Positions 1 through 10,152 of a DNA stretch of 64,000 bases are shown piece by piece; the first letter of the stretch is position 1; the number at the start of each line of letters is the position of its first letter. The notes beneath the pieces are model-generated. The model searched no databases. It had not been told where the DNA came from and saw nothing but the letters and a program-made list of their open reading frames with translations. Source of the stretch: an uncultured Acidimicrobiaceae bacterium (lineage in GTDB: Bacteria; Actinomycetota; Acidimicrobiia; Spongiisociales; UBA5794). The position numbers and the translations under genes were made by a program. The stretch covers positions 10,885 to 74,884 of the forward strand of contig CAYNHF010000047.1 in the NCBI GenBank assembly GCA_964397045.1, written 5' to 3'.

Positions 1-1934
1 TGTCTGCCGTAGAGGAGTCTGTAGAACCCGGCCGGAGGGTCCTCGACTGGTTCGTAGACGGGAAGCGGGTCGTGGCCACCCTCGGCGAGGTCAGCAGACG
101 CGATCTGGATCTTCCCGGAGTGGGTGGGAAACGGCGACGCACCTTCGTAATCGGCGAAGTAGGGCTTCCCTTTCTGGATGAGGATCCCGCCTTCCCCGCG
201 GAGCTTCTCGATGCTGGAAGAAACGGAGATCAGCCGCTCGTCGATCCACTCCTCGATCGTCTCCCACCTGAAGTAGTCATCGAGGCCGACGCGCCGCCCG
301 AGCTCGCGGGCGATCCACCAGCCGGGCCTGGTGTCGTACATGGGCTCGATGGCTGGCTCGCGCAACGCGATGTACGGTGTCTTGTGAGCCACAGCCCACA
401 GGTCCTCGTACCTTTCGAGGTAGGTGGCCTCCGGGAGGACCACGTCCGCCCAGGCGACATGCTCTTGCGGCAGCACGTCGACTGCGACCACCAGGTCCAG
501 CGCCCGCAGCGCTTCTTTGGTGCGGTTCACCTCCGGCACCGAGTTGAGGAGATTCGTGCCGTAGACGATAAGCCCCTTGATCGGATAAGGATCGCCGGTG
601 ATCATCGGCGGAATCAGCTCCTGGAGGGCGGTTGCCCCCCTCAGGAAGGTCTCGCGAGCCCCGTCTGCCCTCGCCTTTCCCGTGGGACCGAGCGGCAGTT
701 CATTGCTTTCTTCGCCCGGCTCCGCCGAACAGCCGCCGGCGCTGCCGGCAACTGCGTACGGTGGGTGCGGATAGGCGGGAAGGTAGGGCGCCTTGTTGAA
801 GTACATCCCGCCCTCGCGGCCGTATGCGCCTAACAGCGTGTTGATGAGGTAGGTGGCCCGCATGCGCTGGGTGTCGTTGCCGTACCAGGTGACGTGGCGA
901 CCCGGCATGATGACGGATCTGGGCCGGGCGGCTGCCATGACCCGGGCCGTTTCCCGGATCTGGTCGGTCGGGAGGTCGGTAATGGACGCGGCCCACTCGG
1001 GGGTGAACGGGGTGACGTGGGCAGCCAGGTCGCTGAAGCCCTCGGTCCACTCTGCGATGTAGTCGGCGTCAAACAACGACTCATCGATGAGGACGTTCAT
1101 CCAGGCCAGCAGCAGCGCCGTGTCGGTGCCGGGCTTGATCGGGAGCCAATGGTCGGCTTTGGCGGCAACACTCGAGAATCGAGGATCCACCACGATGACT
1201 CGAGCCCCTCGTCCCCAGGCCTCCGCGAAGTCCTGCATGACGGTATTGCGAGTGTCCTCGCCGATGTGGCTCCCGATCAGCGCCAGGCACTCGAGGCCGT
1301 CCCAGTCGACGGGTTCGTGTCCCCCAACGCCGAAGCCCATCGTCAGCTTGGCTGCCTCTTCTCGAGGGCTGAGACAAAGTGCAGACGAGGGCTTCGCGGC
1401 GTTGGGGGTACCCCAGGCTTGGGCGAAGTATTCGGCCAACCAGAACTCACCAGAGGTGTGTCCGAATATGGCTAGCGACTCCTGCCCATAGCGATCCTTG
1501 AGATCGAGAAGCTTCTGTGCCGTGTAGTCCAGCGCGTCATCCCAGGAGACCTCCTGGAACTTGCCTTGGCCGCGTTCCCCAGTACGGATCATAGGTGAGC
1601 GGAGGCGATCCGGATCATTGGCGAAGGAGGGCCCACCCTGGCCACGAGCACAGAGCATGCCGCGGCTCTTCGGGTCGATGGGATTGCCCTCGACCTTCTG
1701 CACGACACCGTCGACGCTGGAGACGACGATCCCGCACCGCCACGGGCACATGTCGCAGACGGTGTGCGCGGTCGTGATCTCGCCCCGCCGATACCAGGGC
1801 GTCCGAATCCCGAGCCGGTTGAGGCCCGCAGTGAGCGCCCCGCCCGCACGGGTTCGAAGTGTCGCCCCCGACGCAGCTCCGAGACAGCTCGCAAGGAAGG
1901 ACCGGCGGGAAATCTCGAGTTCGACGCGGCTCAT
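1..1934 (-). CDS. Tat-exported molybdopterin oxidoreductase catalytic subunit (DMSO reductase/formate dehydrogenase-like); the 3' end runs off the window start
   Basis: I translated the minus strand by hand from the ATG at 1934..1932 to position 1 with no stop, which is why it is absent from the ORF track. The N-terminus is MSRVELEISRRSFLASCLGAASGA, a twin-arginine motif (SRRSFL). A C-x2-C-x3-C 4Fe-4S motif (CDMCPWRCG) follows. The C-terminal region (FPTHSGKIQIASADL) matches the molybdopterin dinucleotide-binding domain. Confidence 0.8.
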   Translation of the reverse strand, partial: MSRVELEISRRSFLASCLGAASGATLRTRAGGALTAGLNRLGIRTPWYRRGEITTAHTVCDMCPWRCGIVVSSVDGVVQKVEGNPIDPKSRGMLCARGQGGPSFANDPDRLRSPMIRTGERGQGKFQEVSWDDALDYTAQKLLDLKDRYGQESLAIFGHTSGEFWLAEYFAQAWGTPNAAKPSSALCLSPREEAAKLTMGFGVGGHEPVDWDGLECLALIGSHIGEDTRNTVMQDFAEAWGRGARVIVVDPRFSSVAAKADHWLPIKPGTDTALLLAWMNVLIDESLFDADYIAEWTEGFSDLAAHVTPFTPEWAASITDLPTDQIRETARVMAAARPRSVIMPGRHVTWYGNDTQRMRATYLINTLLGAYGREGGMYFNKAPYLPAYPHPPYAVAGSAGGCSAEPGEESNELPLGPTGKARADGARETFLRGATALQELIPPMITGDPYPIKGLIVYGTNLLNSVPEVNRTKEALRALDLVVAVDVLPQEHVAWADVVLPEATYLERYEDLWAVAHKTPYIALREPAIEPMYDTRPGWWIARELGRRVGLDDYFRWETIEEWIDERLISVSSSIEKLRGEGGILIQKGKPYFADYEGASPFPTHSGKIQIASADLAEGGHDPLPVYEPVEDPPAGFYRLLYGR

Positions 1935-2018
1935 GGCTGCGCCCGGTGGTGCTGGTGCGGGCGAATCAGACCCGCTAGAAGGTCAAGCATGGCACTCTGT
2001 CTCTCAGCCCTCGATGGC

Positions 2019-2038
2019 CTTGTGAAATCTTTCACAAG
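2019..2038. promoter_or_regulatory. Perfect CRP/GlxR-type site TGTGA-N6-TCACA inside the 20-bp palindrome cTTGTGAAATCTTTCACAAg, in the divergent intergenic region about 95 bp upstream of the molybdoenzyme start
   Basis: Exact match to both consensus half-sites, TGTGA at 2021-2025 and TCACA at 2032-2036. Flanking bases extend the inverted repeat to 9+9 bp. Confidence 0.5.
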
Positions 2039-2401
2039 GATCGCATTTCGACGGCTCATCATGCAGCGGCCGGAAGGCACATCGATTAGGGACCATCGGG
2101 AATCGACGATGATGCGCAGGCGAACCCTCGGCCGGCGGTCTGTCCTGGCTGCGCGTCCGGGGGACACCGTAGGCACTCAGTCGGTCCCACACCGATCGCG
2201 ACGCGTCCGCGAAAGGACTGGTGATCGGACCGCGAATGCGCTGCCCAACAACCGTCTTCCTGCCGACACCCGGCTCAAGAACCCAAACTTGCACGAACTC
2301 ACTCCTACCATTCAGCCTGGAACCCACCCAACCGATGCTCTCGGGAACTATCGCGACCTCGATGACGTCGTATCCCCCGAGGCATATCCGAGGCCAGTCG
2401 A

Positions 2402-4927
2402 GTGCCAGAGCCCATCGAGCCAACCATCCATCAGATCGAGCGCCGGGAAAGACGCGGCAAGCGGTTGCCCGCGCTCGCCGCGCTGGCAGTCATCACCGTG
2501 TTGGGTGCAATCACCTTCGGGCTCTTCGGCTTCCTCGAGACCAACGCTGCGTTCGGGACGGTCCTCGACCTCGAAGCGATCTACATCTGTGACGCCTCTG
2601 AGTTGGAACTCGAATTCCCCAACATCTCGCGGCTGTCTGAGGTCTACACCGAGGACGGAGTTCTGCTGGGCAAGCTGACCGAGCGCAACAGTCAGCCGAC
2701 CCAGATCAGCGAGATCCCGGACGTGGTGAAGTGGGCGGTGCTGGCCGCCGAGGACGGAGCCTTCTACGACCACCAAGGGATCGATTTTCGGGCGATTGCC
2801 CGCGCCGGCATCGAAACTGCCACCAGCGGCAACCTCCAGGGCGGGTCCACCATCACCCAGCAGGTCGTGAAGAAGAACTTCCTCACCGACGAACGAACCA
2901 TCGAGCGCAAATTGTGCGAAGCCGTCATCGCGGCCGAACTGGAAGAACGGTACACGAAAGACGAGATTCTGGAGTTCTACATCAACTCCCAGTTCTTCGG
3001 GGAGAACGCATACGGGGCAAAGGCCGCGGCTCAGGAGTATTGGGGCAAGGACCTCGCAGACGTCACCATCGCCGAAGCCGCCGCGATGGTGATCCCGATT
3101 CGGAACCCCTCGCTGTACCACGTGCGCAACAACCCGGTCGGCGTGCTCGGGCGACGCAACGCGGTCATCGACCAGATGGTCCTCAACGGGTTCATCACCT
3201 CGGCAGCGGGAGACGATGCCAAACGGCAGCCGCTGGCTCCAATCGAAGAAGAAGAGTTCGAGGACCTTTCCCCTCAGGTGATGATCTTCGCCAGAGAGCT
3301 TCTGCTCAACGACGCCAAGTACGGACTCGGCGAGACTCCGCTCGAACGCAAACGGGCGCTGTTCGGTTGCCCTGCCTATGACGAAGAGTGCGAGGGCGGA
3401 GGAGGCCTCACCGTGCACGTAACGGTGGATCTCGAACTGCAGGACGAAGCGAATCGCCTGTTGCGCTCCACCTTCCGGGACCCGGACGGTCCGACGGGAG
3501 CCATTGCCATGGTGGACAACGAGACCGGCGCCGTCAAGGTCATGGCAGGCGGCCTGGTGTTCGGAGACGACCTCGAGTCCGGCCAACGCACCTATGACCT
3601 CGCCCGCAAGGGCAAACGGCAATCCGGCTCCGCCTTCAAACCCTTCACGCTGCTCACCGCACTCGAATCCGGAGCCAAGGATGGCTCACGCATCACCCTT
3701 GGCAGCTACTTCGACGCCACCAGTCCGCAACTCATCGATTGCGGGAGGCCGTGTGACGGCGGCAGCAGTATCTGGCGGGTCAGCGGCGGTGGAAACGCGA
3801 TCCGAACCCTCGAGCACGCGACCTACGCCTCGACCAACACCGTCTTCGCTCAGCTGGCAGTTCGGGTCGGGCCCGACAAGGTTGCGGACATGGCGAATCG
3901 GCTCGGCATCCAGACCACCCTCAACCGCGAGAACTTCTCGATCACTCTCGGGACCGATTCGGTGAGCCCGCTCGAGATGGCGGCGGCCTATTCGACGATC
4001 GCAAACTACGGGACGAAAGTCGAGCAGTACCTGATCGAATCGATCGAAGACGCCGCCGGCAACGTCATCTACCAACACGAGGTAGAGCCGGTGCGGGTGC
4101 TCGACGAGGCACTCACCGCCGCGGCCGTCGGAGCGCTGCGCAAGGTCGTGTCCGGCGGCACCGCCACCCGGGCTCGCATCGACCGCCCCCAGGCCGGAAA
4201 GACAGGCACCACGCAGAAGGGCAACGACGTGTGGTTCATGGGCTTCATCCCGCAGTACACAACCGCGGTGTGGGTGGGGCATGCGGACGGCAGCGTGGCC
4301 ATGTCGAAGTTCACCGTCTTCAACGATGCCACCGGCGAGCCGCAGTATCACGCCAGGGCCTTCGGGGGCACCGTGGCCGCGCCGATCTGGCGTCAATTCA
4401 TGCAATACGTCACAGTGGGCCTGCCGATCGAGGACTTCCCCGAGGATCCGCCTGGAGTGGGTGGCTACCGGGCGACGCCACAAGGCACCGTGCCGGACGT
4501 GATGGGCCTCGACCAGAAGCAGGCGACCTCGGCCATCTACCACGCAGGCTTCCACGTCGATTTCGTGCATGTCGCGTCCCAAGCACCGGAAGGGGCGATC
4601 CTGGCGCAGATTCCCGAAGCGGACACCAAGATGACCCAGGGCAGGACGGTGGTGGTACAGATCTCCAGCGGCCGGCCACCGTTGATGCTCGAACTGCTGG
4701 GTACGAGGCTCGAGGACGTGCCACCGCTCCTCGACGCGTTCAATGAGGACACCGGGCTCGATCTGACCTACACGATCGAATCCAGAGACTCAGCAGACCC
4801 GACGACCTGGGGCCGCGTGGTGGCAACCAGCCCGGCGGCGGGAACCCTGCTCGTGCTCCAACAGCCTGTGGTGGTGTTCATCGGTGTCCCGGCTCCTCCG
4901 CCGCCAGACGCCGGCGGCAGCCCTTGA
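2402..4927 (+). CDS. ponA: Class A penicillin-binding protein (bifunctional transglycosylase/transpeptidase) with a C-terminal PASTA domain
   Basis: N-terminal TM anchor. GT51 motifs (EDGAFYDHQGID, GGSTITQQ). Transpeptidase motifs SGSAFKPF (SxxK) and KTGTT. C-terminal PASTA-like segment and Pro-rich tail. 841 aa. Confidence 0.9.
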   Translation: MPEPIEPTIHQIERRERRGKRLPALAALAVITVLGAITFGLFGFLETNAAFGTVLDLEAIYICDASELELEFPNISRLSEVYTEDGVLLGKLTERNSQPTQISEIPDVVKWAVLAAEDGAFYDHQGIDFRAIARAGIETATSGNLQGGSTITQQVVKKNFLTDERTIERKLCEAVIAAELEERYTKDEILEFYINSQFFGENAYGAKAAAQEYWGKDLADVTIAEAAAMVIPIRNPSLYHVRNNPVGVLGRRNAVIDQMVLNGFITSAAGDDAKRQPLAPIEEEEFEDLSPQVMIFARELLLNDAKYGLGETPLERKRALFGCPAYDEECEGGGGLTVHVTVDLELQDEANRLLRSTFRDPDGPTGAIAMVDNETGAVKVMAGGLVFGDDLESGQRTYDLARKGKRQSGSAFKPFTLLTALESGAKDGSRITLGSYFDATSPQLIDCGRPCDGGSSIWRVSGGGNAIRTLEHATYASTNTVFAQLAVRVGPDKVADMANRLGIQTTLNRENFSITLGTDSVSPLEMAAAYSTIANYGTKVEQYLIESIEDAAGNVIYQHEVEPVRVLDEALTAAAVGALRKVVSGGTATRARIDRPQAGKTGTTQKGNDVWFMGFIPQYTTAVWVGHADGSVAMSKFTVFNDATGEPQYHARAFGGTVAAPIWRQFMQYVTVGLPIEDFPEDPPGVGGYRATPQGTVPDVMGLDQKQATSAIYHAGFHVDFVHVASQAPEGAILAQIPEADTKMTQGRTVVVQISSGRPPLMLELLGTRLEDVPPLLDAFNEDTGLDLTYTIESRDSADPTTWGRVVATSPAAGTLLVLQQPVVVFIGVPAPPPPDAGGSP

Positions 4928-4954
4928 TCGGGCGGCAGCAGACGATTGAGGGGC

Positions 4955-5578
4955 TCAGCCCGCGCTGAGACGAGCCTCTAGCAGGTCGGCCCGCTCCCCG
5001 AGCAGAATGAGCAGACGCAGCAGCCGTGCGTCCGGGTCGTCGGTCTCCAGCAACTCCTGGCGATCCAGTTGTTCGAGTGGGGCTGCGTCGCACAGCTGCC
5101 ATGCCGCGGCTACCGGTGAGTCTGGCAATTCGGGATCGATGTCGCCGACCCGTGAGCCGAGTTCGGTGGCCAACGCCAATGTCCTGCGATATGCCCGTCT
5201 GGCCTGTTGTACTCGGACCGGCAACTGCTCGGTGGTACTGGGCTCACTGAGGTCGGTGACGAGTGCGTTCGGGTATGGGTCTTCCGGCAGCCAGGTCGTC
5301 ACCCGGAAGCGCCTGATGCCCACCGCAACCACCGCCAAACGGCCGCCTTCGAGCGTGCCCACCCTGACGACCTTGGCCACAGTGCCCGCGTTGAAGCGAT
5401 GATCCCCTCCCCCGACCTCGGCCCCCCGTTCGATCAGCACCGACCCGAACCGACCATCGCCTTCCAGCAGCTCGTTCATCATCTCCAGGAAGCGCGGTTC
5501 GAACACCTGGAGCGGCAGCACCCCGTGCGGGAACAACACACTCTGGAGCGGGAAGATGGGCAGACGTCGCGGTTTCAT
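4955..5578 (-). CDS. Stand-alone Lon N-terminal (LON substrate-binding/PUA-like) domain protein, 207 aa
   Basis: [39 protein letters not shown] is the hallmark Lon-N start. ATG at 5578..5576. The longer 550-aa ORF in the track is an out-of-frame extension across the ABC gene on the other strand. Confidence 0.75.
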   Translation of the reverse strand: MKPRRLPIFPLQSVLFPHGVLPLQVFEPRFLEMMNELLEGDGRFGSVLIERGAEVGGGDHRFNAGTVAKVVRVGTLEGGRLAVVAVGIRRFRVTTWLPEDPYPNALVTDLSEPSTTEQLPVRVQQARRAYRRTLALATELGSRVGDIDPELPDSPVAAAWQLCDAAPLEQLDRQELLETDDPDARLLRLLILLGERADLLEARLSAG

Positions 5579-5653
5579 GGCGCCCCAGCGTATGGTCCGC
5601 CGCGTCGATATGCCAGCGGTTTCCGCGCCGCCGGAAGGGTTAGCCTGCGGCTC

Positions 5654-7450
5654 ATGGGTGGACCAGACGAGACATCGCCTCTGACGCGTCTGTGGCGCTA
5701 CGCGGCGCCGTATCGTGGCTGGATCAACCGCGCTACCACGTGGTCGGTGCTGAACAAGGCCTTCGACCTGGCGCCTCCGCTGCTGATCGGCGTCGCCATC
5801 GACGTGGTGGTGGAGCAGGAGAACTCGGTGCTTGCCGATTGGTTCGGAATCGAGGATCCCAGGACGCAGCTCATCGTGCTGGCCGCCGTCACTTTCGTGG
5901 TGTGGGCCCTCGAGTCGCTCTTCGAGTACTTCCAGGGAGTCGACTGGCGGAACCTGGCGCAACAGATCCAACACCGACTCCGAATGGACACGTACCGCCA
6001 TGTCCAAGGACTCGAGATGCGTTTCTTCGAAGAGCGGCGCAGCGGCGACCTGATGGCGGTGCTCAACGACGACATCAACCAGCTGGAGCGCTTCCTCGAC
6101 ACCGGTGCCAACGCCATCATCCAGCTCCTCACCACGGTCACGCTGATCGGAGCACTGTTCTTCTTTTTGGCGCCTCAGGTGGCCTGGCTGGCCTTCCTCC
6201 CCATCCCCTTCATCGTGTGGGGGTCTTTTGCGTATCAGCGGAAGCTGGAGCCGCGGTACGCCAGGGTCAGGGACCAGGCAGGCGCCCTCAACAGCCAGCT
6301 CGCCAGCAACCTCGGCGGCATCGCCACCATCAAGAGCTTCACGGCCGAAGACCGCGAAGCTGCACGTATCGAAGAAGAGAGCGAGGCCTACCAAGAGGCC
6401 AACCGCAGGGCGATCACCCTGTCCTCCGCCTTCTCGCCGTTGATCCGGGTTGCGATCCTCACCGGCTTCACCGTGATGCTCATCGGAGGTGGTTTCATGG
6501 TCCTCGACGGCACCCTGCGCGGTGCTGCCTACGTGACGATGGTGTTCATGATCCAACGGCTGTTGTGGCCGTTGACGACACTGGGCCAGACGATGGACCA
6601 ATACCAACGAGCCATGGCCTCTACCAACCGGGTGCTGGACGTACTCGATACGAACCCAACCATCGCAAACGGACCACAGCCGCTGGCGCTCGAAGACGTC
6701 GAAGGTTCGATTGCCTACGAAGGAGTCTCCTTTGCATACGAGGCCGGCTACCCCGTACTGCGTGACGTTTCCTTCGAGATCCCGGCCGGAGCCACGACGG
6801 CGTTCGTAGGCGCCACGGGTTCGGGGAAGACGACGATCGTGAAGCTGCTTCTGCGCTTCTACGACATAGACGCGGGATCAGTGCGGCTCGACGGGCACGA
6901 AGTGAACAGCCTTCACGTCGGCGATCTGCGCCGCGCCATCGGACTCGTCAGCCAGGATGTCTTCCTCTTCCACGGGACGGTGGCGGCCAATATCGCCTAC
7001 GGTCGCCCGGAGGCGCCATTCGACGAGATCCGGGCCGCAGCCGAGGTGGCCGAGGCGGACGAGTTCATCCTGCAATTACCGGGCGGGTATGACACGATCG
7101 TCGGCGAACGTGGCCAGAAGCTGTCCGGTGGCCAACGGCAGCGGATTTCGATCGCACGAGCGGTGCTGGCACAGAGCCCGATCCTGGTGTTGGACGAGGC
7201 CACGTCCTCGGTAGACAACGAAACCGAGGCCGCAATCCAGCGCTCGCTCGAACGCATCTCGCTGGAACGCACCACCATCGTCATCGCTCACCGCTTGTCG
7301 ACCATCCGCCACGCCGACCGGATCTACGTGCTCGAAGACGGGAAAATCACCGAGGCGGGCACCCACGATGAACTGCTGGCGATCAAAGGCCTCTACGCCG
7401 CATTGTGGAGTGTCCAGACCGGCGAAGCGGTCCCCTGGCACGTCGGCTGA
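5654..7450 (+). CDS. ABC transporter, fused permease/ATP-binding protein (MsbA-like exporter half-transporter)
   Basis: Six-TM exporter domain. Walker [10 protein letters not shown], signature LSGGQRQR, Walker [10 protein letters not shown] and H-loop. Start chosen at ATG 5654 ([20 protein letters not shown]), after the convergent Lon-N gene. Confidence 0.85.
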   Translation: MGGPDETSPLTRLWRYAAPYRGWINRATTWSVLNKAFDLAPPLLIGVAIDVVVEQENSVLADWFGIEDPRTQLIVLAAVTFVVWALESLFEYFQGVDWRNLAQQIQHRLRMDTYRHVQGLEMRFFEERRSGDLMAVLNDDINQLERFLDTGANAIIQLLTTVTLIGALFFFLAPQVAWLAFLPIPFIVWGSFAYQRKLEPRYARVRDQAGALNSQLASNLGGIATIKSFTAEDREAARIEEESEAYQEANRRAITLSSAFSPLIRVAILTGFTVMLIGGGFMVLDGTLRGAAYVTMVFMIQRLLWPLTTLGQTMDQYQRAMASTNRVLDVLDTNPTIANGPQPLALEDVEGSIAYEGVSFAYEAGYPVLRDVSFEIPAGATTAFVGATGSGKTTIVKLLLRFYDIDAGSVRLDGHEVNSLHVGDLRRAIGLVSQDVFLFHGTVAANIAYGRPEAPFDEIRAAAEVAEADEFILQLPGGYDTIVGERGQKLSGGQRQRISIARAVLAQSPILVLDEATSSVDNETEAAIQRSLERISLERTTIVIAHRLSTIRHADRIYVLEDGKITEAGTHDELLAIKGLYAALWSVQTGEAVPWHVG

Positions 7451-7542
7451 CCGACTTCACACGTCGAATACTGTAAACCAATGTTTCGCGTGCTTGTACA
7501 TGCCTATTGATCGTAGATAGCGGCATCTGATATCACGTTGGC

Positions 7543-8061
7543 ATGCCAGCCATTCAGGTTCACCAAACGTCGGCAGCGCCCGGAGACCTCCGAAGAGGTG
7601 TACGTCCTCCCACCGCTCCGGATGCCGCGCCATCTCCGGGCGCTGTCGCACGATGTGAGGTCGAAGTACCGCCCCTCTCCTCCTGGCTCGGCAGCGACAC
7701 CGCGGTGAGAACTACCGCCCGGCAGCGACCTCTCCTCACCCCCCAGCCGTGGCCGCAACCCCGGCCTGAAGCCTTCGCCACCGACCACCCCTACGTCCGC
7801 CGCTACTGGTCCGCCGTTTTGGGTCCGGGAGCGGTCGCCGACCTGCTCCGGCTTGCCACTGCTGCACAACGCGGCCGCTCCCTAGCCCTGCCGACCCACC
7901 TCAGCGGCCTGCTGCAAGCCGATCTGGCCAGACGCATCGAACACACCATCGAGGTCAAGGTCACCGTCCCACCACTCCCCGACCATTACCTCGCCAGACT
8001 CCACCCCCGGCTCCGCACCGAACTCGCTACGGGCTGCTGCCTAGAGGCCCGCGGCCACTGA
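7543..8061 (+). CDS. Hypothetical protein with uncertain start. The N-terminal third has atypical low GC3 and only the C-terminal ~110 codons show a typical coding signature
   Basis: Open frame preceded by an unusually AT-rich 90-bp region (7451-7542). No recognisable domain. A GTG at about 7697 is a possible alternative start. Confidence 0.35.
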   Translation: MPAIQVHQTSAAPGDLRRGVRPPTAPDAAPSPGAVARCEVEVPPLSSWLGSDTAVRTTARQRPLLTPQPWPQPRPEAFATDHPYVRRYWSAVLGPGAVADLLRLATAAQRGRSLALPTHLSGLLQADLARRIEHTIEVKVTVPPLPDHYLARLHPRLRTELATGCCLEARGH

Positions 8062-8202
8062 ACACGGGGTTCGGCCCACACCTTGGCTTGCGGTCACGGT
8101 CAGGAGCTTCCCCTAAACCGGGCCGAGGCGGTCTCCCGCAAACACGCCATCGTCACCACTCGGCGCGGCCGGAGTGCTCCCGACTGCTGATACCGTTGGC
8201 TC

Positions 8203-8961
8203 ATGAGCACCCCGATCGCAGACGCCGTTCAGGCTCTCGACGGCTGCCGGCAGATTCTCGTGTTCACGGGCGCCGGTCTCTCCACCGAATCCGGCATCCC
8301 CGACTTCCGGGGGCCCAACGGGCTCTGGCGCAACGCGGAGCCGGAAGACTTCTCGCTCTCGAAGTACGTGGCCTCGCCCGAGCTCAGGGCACGGAACTGG
8401 CAGCGCCGGTTCGATCCCGAGCGTCCACAGTTCGAACCCAATCCTGCACACACCGCAATCGCCTCGCTCTGGAACTCCGGACGCATGATCGGGTGTGTCA
8501 CTCAAAACATCGACGGGCTCCATCAGGCGGGCGGCTTGCCGGAGCAGGCCGTAGCGGAACTGCACGGCAATGGTCGCGGGATTCACTGTCTCGATTGTGG
8601 AGCCGAACCGTTCGCTCCCAAGATCGAGCGCCGCTGGGCAGGCGGTGACCCCGACCCGAACTGCCGTGCGTGCGGCGGGATCCTCAAGACGACCGTGGTG
8701 TACTTCGGGGAGAGGTTGCCCGCATCAGCCGTTGCCCAGGCTGCGACGTGGGCCGACCAGGCCGATGCAGTGATCGCGATCGGTTCTACCCTGTCGGTGT
8801 ATCCCGCGGCAGACGTCCCCTTGATGGTGGCCAAGCGGGCCCGCCCTTACGTGATCATCAACGAGGGGCCCACCGAACACGACCAGGTTGCCACGGTCCG
8901 GGTCGAGGGCCGCGCCGGTGAGGTATTGCCGGATTTCGTGGCGCGTTTGTCCGTCTCGTGA
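8203..8961 (+). CDS. cobB: NAD-dependent protein deacylase, Sir2 family (CobB-like sirtuin)
   Basis: GAGLSTESGIPDFRG, TQNIDGLH and LHGN catalytic motifs. Zn ribbon CLDCG...CRACGG. Confidence 0.9.
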   Translation: MSTPIADAVQALDGCRQILVFTGAGLSTESGIPDFRGPNGLWRNAEPEDFSLSKYVASPELRARNWQRRFDPERPQFEPNPAHTAIASLWNSGRMIGCVTQNIDGLHQAGGLPEQAVAELHGNGRGIHCLDCGAEPFAPKIERRWAGGDPDPNCRACGGILKTTVVYFGERLPASAVAQAATWADQADAVIAIGSTLSVYPAADVPLMVAKRARPYVIINEGPTEHDQVATVRVEGRAGEVLPDFVARLSVS

Positions 8962-8993
8962 TCGACGAGGGCGCCTGCCACTAGCCTTTTCGC

Positions 8994-10148
8994 ATGGGCC
9001 GCACCTATCAGGAGCTTCTTGACGAAGCACGCCAGTCAGTACGAGAAGTCGATCCGGGAGATCTCGCTACCTCCGACGGGTCGACGGTGTTCATCGATGT
9101 GCGGGAGCCGGAAGAGTGGGTCGAGGGTGTCATCAGAGACGCGATTCGCATCCCGCGCGGCACGCTTGAATACACGATCACAGGCCGAGTGCCCGACCCC
9201 AACACCACCATCGTCGTCTACTGCGCGGGCGGGCATCGGTCCCTACTCGCCGCCCGCACGCTCCAACAGCTCGGCTTCCGCACCGTGGCTTCGTTGCGCG
9301 GCGGATTCACGGCGTGGCGCCGCTCAGGTCAGACGTGGCAAGCAGGCGAAGGGCTCACCACAGAACAAAGGGCCCGCTACAGCCGCCATCTCGTCCTCCC
9401 CGGCGTCGGTGAAGCCGGCCAACGGCGCCTCCTCGATGCCAGGGTGATACTCATCGGGGCGGGCGGTCTGGGATCCCCAGCTGCGCTTTATCTCGCGGCC
9501 GCAGGCGTCGGCACCATCGGGCTGGTCGACAACGACGTCGTCGACGCCTCCAACCTGCAGCGCCAGGTGATCCATGACCGGGACCGCGTTGGAACCGAGA
9601 AGGTCGAGTCTGCCCGCCTGCGCATCGCCGCGCTCAACCCGGACGTGAAGGTGGAGCCCTATGCCGGCCGGCTGGATGCCTCGAATGCACTCGAGTTGCT
9701 TACCGGTTACGACGTCATCGTCGACGGGGCAGACAACTTCCCCACCCGTTACCTCGTCAACGACGCCGCCATGCATCTCGGGATCCCGGTTGTTCACGGT
9801 TCCGTCCTCAGATACGAGGGCCAGGCCAGCGTCTTCTCGCCGTACGAAGGCCCCTGCTACCGCTGCCTGTTCCGGCAGCCACCGCCGCCGGAGCTGGCAC
9901 CCTCTTGCGCCGAAGCAGGGGTGCTCGGCGCCTTGCCGGGAATCGTCGGCTCGATCCAAGCAATGGAGGCCCTCAAGCTGTTGCTCGGGCTGGGAGACAC
10001 GCTCTCCGGCAGGCTTCTGATCTACGACGCACTCGGGCAGACGTTCCGCACGTTGCGTCTCGATCGTGACCCGGAATGCCCTGCCTGTGCCGACCCGAAT
10101 CACAAGCCGGCGCTGATCGACTACGACGAGATGTGCCGGCCTGCGTAG
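8994..10148 (+). CDS. MoeB/ThiF-type E1-like adenylyltransferase with an N-terminal rhodanese domain (MoeZ-like, reversed domain order)
   Basis: Residues 1-110 form a rhodanese domain with active-site Cys (VVYCAGGHRS). Residues 120-384 form a ThiF/MoeB domain (ILIGAGGLGSPAALYLAAAGVGTIGLVDNDVVDASNLQRQ) with the CxxC...CxxC Zn motif (CYRC...CPAC). Confidence 0.85.
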   Translation: MGRTYQELLDEARQSVREVDPGDLATSDGSTVFIDVREPEEWVEGVIRDAIRIPRGTLEYTITGRVPDPNTTIVVYCAGGHRSLLAARTLQQLGFRTVASLRGGFTAWRRSGQTWQAGEGLTTEQRARYSRHLVLPGVGEAGQRRLLDARVILIGAGGLGSPAALYLAAAGVGTIGLVDNDVVDASNLQRQVIHDRDRVGTEKVESARLRIAALNPDVKVEPYAGRLDASNALELLTGYDVIVDGADNFPTRYLVNDAAMHLGIPVVHGSVLRYEGQASVFSPYEGPCYRCLFRQPPPPELAPSCAEAGVLGALPGIVGSIQAMEALKLLLGLGDTLSGRLLIYDALGQTFRTLRLDRDPECPACADPNHKPALIDYDEMCRPA

Positions 10149-10152
10149 GCAC

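Noticed and set aside
72-833. 253-aa plus-strand ORF, plus several other ORFs across 1-1930
   Set aside because: They lie antisense or out of frame to the hand-translated Tat-exported molybdopterin oxidoreductase on the minus strand. They are Arg/Gly/Pro-rich, typical of high-GC shadow frames.
1764-2678. 304-aa ORF spanning the divergent intergenic region and the PBP start
   Set aside because: It crosses the promoter region containing the CRP site and overlaps ponA out of frame. It has low-complexity Arg/Ser/Pro composition.
2348-3622. 424-aa minus-strand ORF
   Set aside because: Entirely antisense to the well-supported class A PBP gene.
5579-6607. Upstream 343 codons of the 550-aa minus ORF 4955..6607
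   Set aside because: Only the last 207 codons form the Lon-N domain protein. The remainder is antisense to the ABC transporter gene.
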